NCBI GenBank assembly: GCA_964236955.1
Contig: CAXSGP010000068.1
Span: 1,698 to 20,889, forward strand
Source: an uncultured Oligoflexus sp.
GTDB lineage: Bacteria; Bdellovibrionota_B; Oligoflexia; Oligoflexales; Oligoflexaceae
Length of the DNA: 19,192 nucleotides
Direction of reading: 5' to 3'
A program made the position numbers and the translations under genes. The notes below the pieces were generated by a model. That model had not been told where the DNA came from. It made no database searches and saw only the letters and a list, made by a program, of their open reading frames with translations. This document shows positions 15,920 through 19,192 of the stretch, piece after piece; within the stretch, counting starts at the first letter, position 1; each line of letters starts with the position of its first letter.

Positions 15920-17531
15920 AGTCCACCTCTCTGAATGGTATTGACATTTGATCGAGTTCCAGTTGAAGCAGGGAGATTTTTGCGGAAAACTCACGTTGGA
16001 ACATGCTGTTTGGATGGGCGTTGAGATAGACCTGCAGTCCATTGACCGAAGACGCAGAGCCCGGCATTGCAGCAAGTATCGAAGCTACGCTCAGACGGAT
16101 CGAAGGTTCCTTGGAAGTCTGACCCCAACGCAGAAGGAAGGCATCATAGAGACGGAGCGCGAGATAGAATCTTCTTTCGGCGACGGCGGCATCGGCAAGC
16201 AAAAGATTGTGCATCTGGCTTAGAGAGCCGAGATAATGTTCAAAAGGTAAATTGAGTGGTATTGCGCGCAAAACACGCAGAGCCAAATCGATTTTACCGA
16301 GCCGGATGGCGTCGGAGCATTGGCCATCCAAATGAGCCATCATAAATTTATTGGCAAGTGCTGATTGCGCGATTGGCGATGATTTGCGTGACAGGATTGC
16401 TTCCAGCGTGGTGCCTCTCACCACAGCATTGTCGAGATTGAATTCTAGCATCTGCACGGCACGCTGGATTTTGCCGTCGAGGCTTCGATCAGCCTGCATC
16501 TCTCGAAATTGTTGAATTTCCGATTCATAGATGAATGGCGAGGGCAGGGGTTTGACGCGTTCTACCACCCAGGCTATGGCCATGCCGGACACCAGTCCAC
16601 CGAGATGAGCGAAATGAGCGACACTCCCGCTGCCGTTGCTGGGGACGAGGGATTGAAGAGCGCCGGCCAAATCGCTAACGACAAAAACCAGAGGAAATGC
16701 ATACTTCACCGGTGCCCAAAGTCTCCGGCTGAGTCCGAACCAGATAAAGAATCGCATGCGCGAATGGAAAAAAAACACATAAAAAAGTCCCATCACTCCT
16801 GAAATATTAGCGGACGCGCCCAGCAGTGGAAGATCGGCTGGCAAAAATAAGGCGCTGTTGAAAAGAAGCCCGAGACTGCCCGTGAGGACATAGGAGAAGA
16901 GATAAAGGACACCGCCCAACCTTTGCTCGACATAGATGCCAAAGGCTATGAAGCAAAGAAGATTTCCAATCAAATGATCCCACCCACCGTGGCGAACCTG
17001 GGCCATCGCCACTGCGTCGGGACCAATATTGTTCCGACTCAGTACATGTTCCCTTTTGAAAACCTCCAGCGTCTTCCTGTGAAAGTCCTGCTTCAGGCTG
17101 TCGAAGCGGGGATAGGTTCTGAATTTCTTAAAGGCGGCCGAAGGCTCAGCCAGTTCCTGTTCAAATTTTGAAAGGACCTGAAGGTAATGGTCTTCATCTG
17201 CGGGCGGTATCTCCACCATTTTTTGAGGCGCTTGAACCCTTCTGGGTTTTTTACCTACGGGAGCGATGAGGCTATCAAAATCGGGAGCTACGAATTTCAC
17301 CACTTCCGCGCAGGTCTTCGGGGGCTCTTTCCGTGACCTGCAGTGTTCCAGAAAGAGCCTTTCCTTGGCGGAACGGAAAGACGGATGACTCAGGAGATGA
17401 AAGGAAGCCTCATTGCTGCGGGTCTGGCCATCTTCAAATAGAAAGCAGAGGATGAGGACCGCAGCGATTGCAAGGGTTACCACCGGAATTTTAGGCCATC
17501 GAGTCCCCAGACCCAGCGGTAATACGAACAT
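15897..17531 (-). CDS. Rhomboid family intramembrane serine protease with large soluble insert and C-terminal helical/TPR-like domain
   Basis: GAGGTG SD; HGGWDHLIGN, VEQRLG, GASANISG (catalytic Ser), AHFAHLGG (catalytic His). Confidence 0.9.
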   Translation of the reverse strand: MFVLPLGLGTRWPKIPVVTLAIAAVLILCFLFEDGQTRSNEASFHLLSHPSFRSAKERLFLEHCRSRKEPPKTCAEVVKFVAPDFDSLIAPVGKKPRRVQAPQKMVEIPPADEDHYLQVLSKFEQELAEPSAAFKKFRTYPRFDSLKQDFHRKTLEVFKREHVLSRNNIGPDAVAMAQVRHGGWDHLIGNLLCFIAFGIYVEQRLGGVLYLFSYVLTGSLGLLFNSALFLPADLPLLGASANISGVMGLFYVFFFHSRMRFFIWFGLSRRLWAPVKYAFPLVFVVSDLAGALQSLVPSNGSGSVAHFAHLGGLVSGMAIAWVVERVKPLPSPFIYESEIQQFREMQADRSLDGKIQRAVQMLEFNLDNAVVRGTTLEAILSRKSSPIAQSALANKFMMAHLDGQCSDAIRLGKIDLALRVLRAIPLNLPFEHYLGSLSQMHNLLLADAAVAERRFYLALRLYDAFLLRWGQTSKEPSIRLSVASILAAMPGSASSVNGLQVYLNAHPNSMFQREFSAKISLLQLELDQMSIPFREVDYGPAKVS

Positions 17532-17864
17532 AATTTCACCTCGACTCCTCTATCGGCATTGAGGTAAGTGACATTTAGCTCAAATTAAAGGCTAAAGTGA
17601 ATTTTAGGCTTAGGTTTCAAAAAGATTTTTTGAATGGCCCCATTGTTCGATGCCAGGGATTTAAAGTTTACCGTGAGTAAGAAAAAGGCTGATTTTCAGA
17701 CGATGAACGTACCTTAAAGCAGAAAGGATAATTTTTGCTGGGGATTTGCCCAATCATCACCAGCCTCCGGACCCAATCCACGACGCTTGACAAAACACTT
17801 TAATTTGCATCTTATGTCATTTAGAGTCGTGTTAATCCCGAGCCACCCCTCAGTCGAGAGTAAA

Positions 17865-19100
17865 ATGATAGAGACCGATGTACTCGTCATAGGAGCCGGC
17901 CCGTCCGGCTGCGTGTCGGCCGCGATTCTCCACAAAAATGGCCTTAAAGTCCGTGTTCTGGAGAAGGAGCAGTTTCCGAGATTCGTGATAGGCGAAAGTC
18001 TTTTGCCCCGCTGCATGGAGGCCCTGGCGGAGGCTGAACTCCTGGATGCGGTTAAAGCCAGGGGATTTCAGGAAAAGTATGGCGCCAAATTTATGCGTGG
18101 TGATGCGGTCTGCGACTTCAGCTTCGAGGATCATTTTTCCAAGGGCTACACATGGACCTGGCAAATGCCTAGGGCTGAATTTGATCTGGCCCTGGCGACA
18201 GAACTGCAGCGTAAAGGTGTGTCCGTAGATTTCGAGCACACGGTAAGCGGGATAGATTTTTATGATGAATTTTCCGTGATCAGCGCCTTGGATGCCAAAG
18301 GTCAAAGCTATCAGATTCGAGCTCGATTTATCATTGACTCCAGTGGCTATGGACGCGTCATACCCCGTTTGTTAAAGCTCGACAGGCCTTCGGACCTACC
18401 CTCGCGTCAGACCTATTTTGCCCATCTGACCGATAGCAAGCGATCCGCATTCACCGAGCCCAATCGCATTACCATCGTCTCGCTTAAGCCGGGAGTCTGG
18501 GCCTGGATCATCCCTTTTTCAAACGGCAACTCGTCGCTCGGTTTCGTGGCGGAATCCCAATATTTTAGCGATTTCAAAGGCAGTCCCACCGAGATCCTAG
18601 ACGCGCTGATACGATCGGAAGAGAATATAGCTCGGCGATTCAAGGACCAGAATCTTATCCTGGAGCCACGCAAGCTGGAAGGATGGTCCGTTACGACCGA
18701 GAAATTCTATGGCAAAGGATTTGTCCTGACCGGTAACGTTACCGAGTTTATAGACCCGATGTTCTCTTCGGGTGTAACTCTGGCCGTTGTATCGGGTGCA
18801 CGTGCCGCCAATATTGTCGTGAAAAAGCTTAACGACCTGCCGCATGACTGGGAGGAAGACTATATGAAGCCCACTTTAAATGGCGTTGAGGTATTCCGTA
18901 CTTTTGTGAAGAGTTGGTATGATGGCACTTTGCCGGCAATTTTTTTCGGACAGCATTTCGACTATCAATTTAAACGACAAATCTGCTCGGTTCTAGCAGG
19001 TTATGTGTGGGATCAGGACAACCCATTTGTAAGCAAGCACGCGAAAGCGCTTACTATTCTAGCCGAATATATCGAGCGTCTCGATCATTCACAAGTCTAG
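17865..19100 (+). CDS. FAD-dependent oxidoreductase, flavin-dependent halogenase-like
   Basis: Start MIETD at 17865; VIGAGPSG FAD motif, FPRFVIGESLLP, Q.KYGA, R.EFD, WAWIIP (WxWxIP), GN..EFIDPMFSSGV. Confidence 0.88.
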   Translation: MIETDVLVIGAGPSGCVSAAILHKNGLKVRVLEKEQFPRFVIGESLLPRCMEALAEAELLDAVKARGFQEKYGAKFMRGDAVCDFSFEDHFSKGYTWTWQMPRAEFDLALATELQRKGVSVDFEHTVSGIDFYDEFSVISALDAKGQSYQIRARFIIDSSGYGRVIPRLLKLDRPSDLPSRQTYFAHLTDSKRSAFTEPNRITIVSLKPGVWAWIIPFSNGNSSLGFVAESQYFSDFKGSPTEILDALIRSEENIARRFKDQNLILEPRKLEGWSVTTEKFYGKGFVLTGNVTEFIDPMFSSGVTLAVVSGARAANIVVKKLNDLPHDWEEDYMKPTLNGVEVFRTFVKSWYDGTLPAIFFGQHFDYQFKRQICSVLAGYVWDQDNPFVSKHAKALTILAEYIERLDHSQV

Positions 19101-19192
19101 AAAAATCATCAACTTGCGCCGCAATCGCTTGATATCAACCGTCAGCTGACATATTAAAAACAGGGCAGCGTTCCTGCTTCGGCTCTTATGCT

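Overview
Gene-dense bacterial chromosomal window of roughly balanced GC with AT-rich intergenic spacers. The many secreted/lipoprotein genes suggest a Bdellovibrionota/Oligoflexia-like or myxobacteria-like organism (inference only). The most notable locus is at the left end: a bufferin-like MNIO (DUF692) RiPP cassette. It comprises a signal-peptide-bearing, Lys/Gly-rich precursor with CKG repeats but only 5 Cys (787-1077) and a single 580-aa polypeptide fusing the MNIO enzyme to its DUF2063-type partner (1095-2837). No DoxX gene is present. It is flanked by a divergent exported DUF255 thioredoxin-like protein (WCHWC, partial, <1-318) and by an unannotated 31-codon DCC1/DUF393-like DxxCxxC mini-ORF (2942-3037). 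The rest encodes a small membrane protein, an S1 protease lipoprotein, a probable outer-membrane beta-barrel, a His-motif polytopic membrane protein, a DUF4360 protein, a stand-alone condensation-type acyltransferase, a HExxH lipoprotein plus partner, a di-heme (DHOR/DUF1111) lipoprotein, a REC-HPt protein lacking the phospho-His, a rhomboid-RDD pair and a halogenase-like FAD oxidoreductase. No rRNA, tRNA, CRISPR or mobile element was seen. All family calls are from motif recognition by eye, not database searches.
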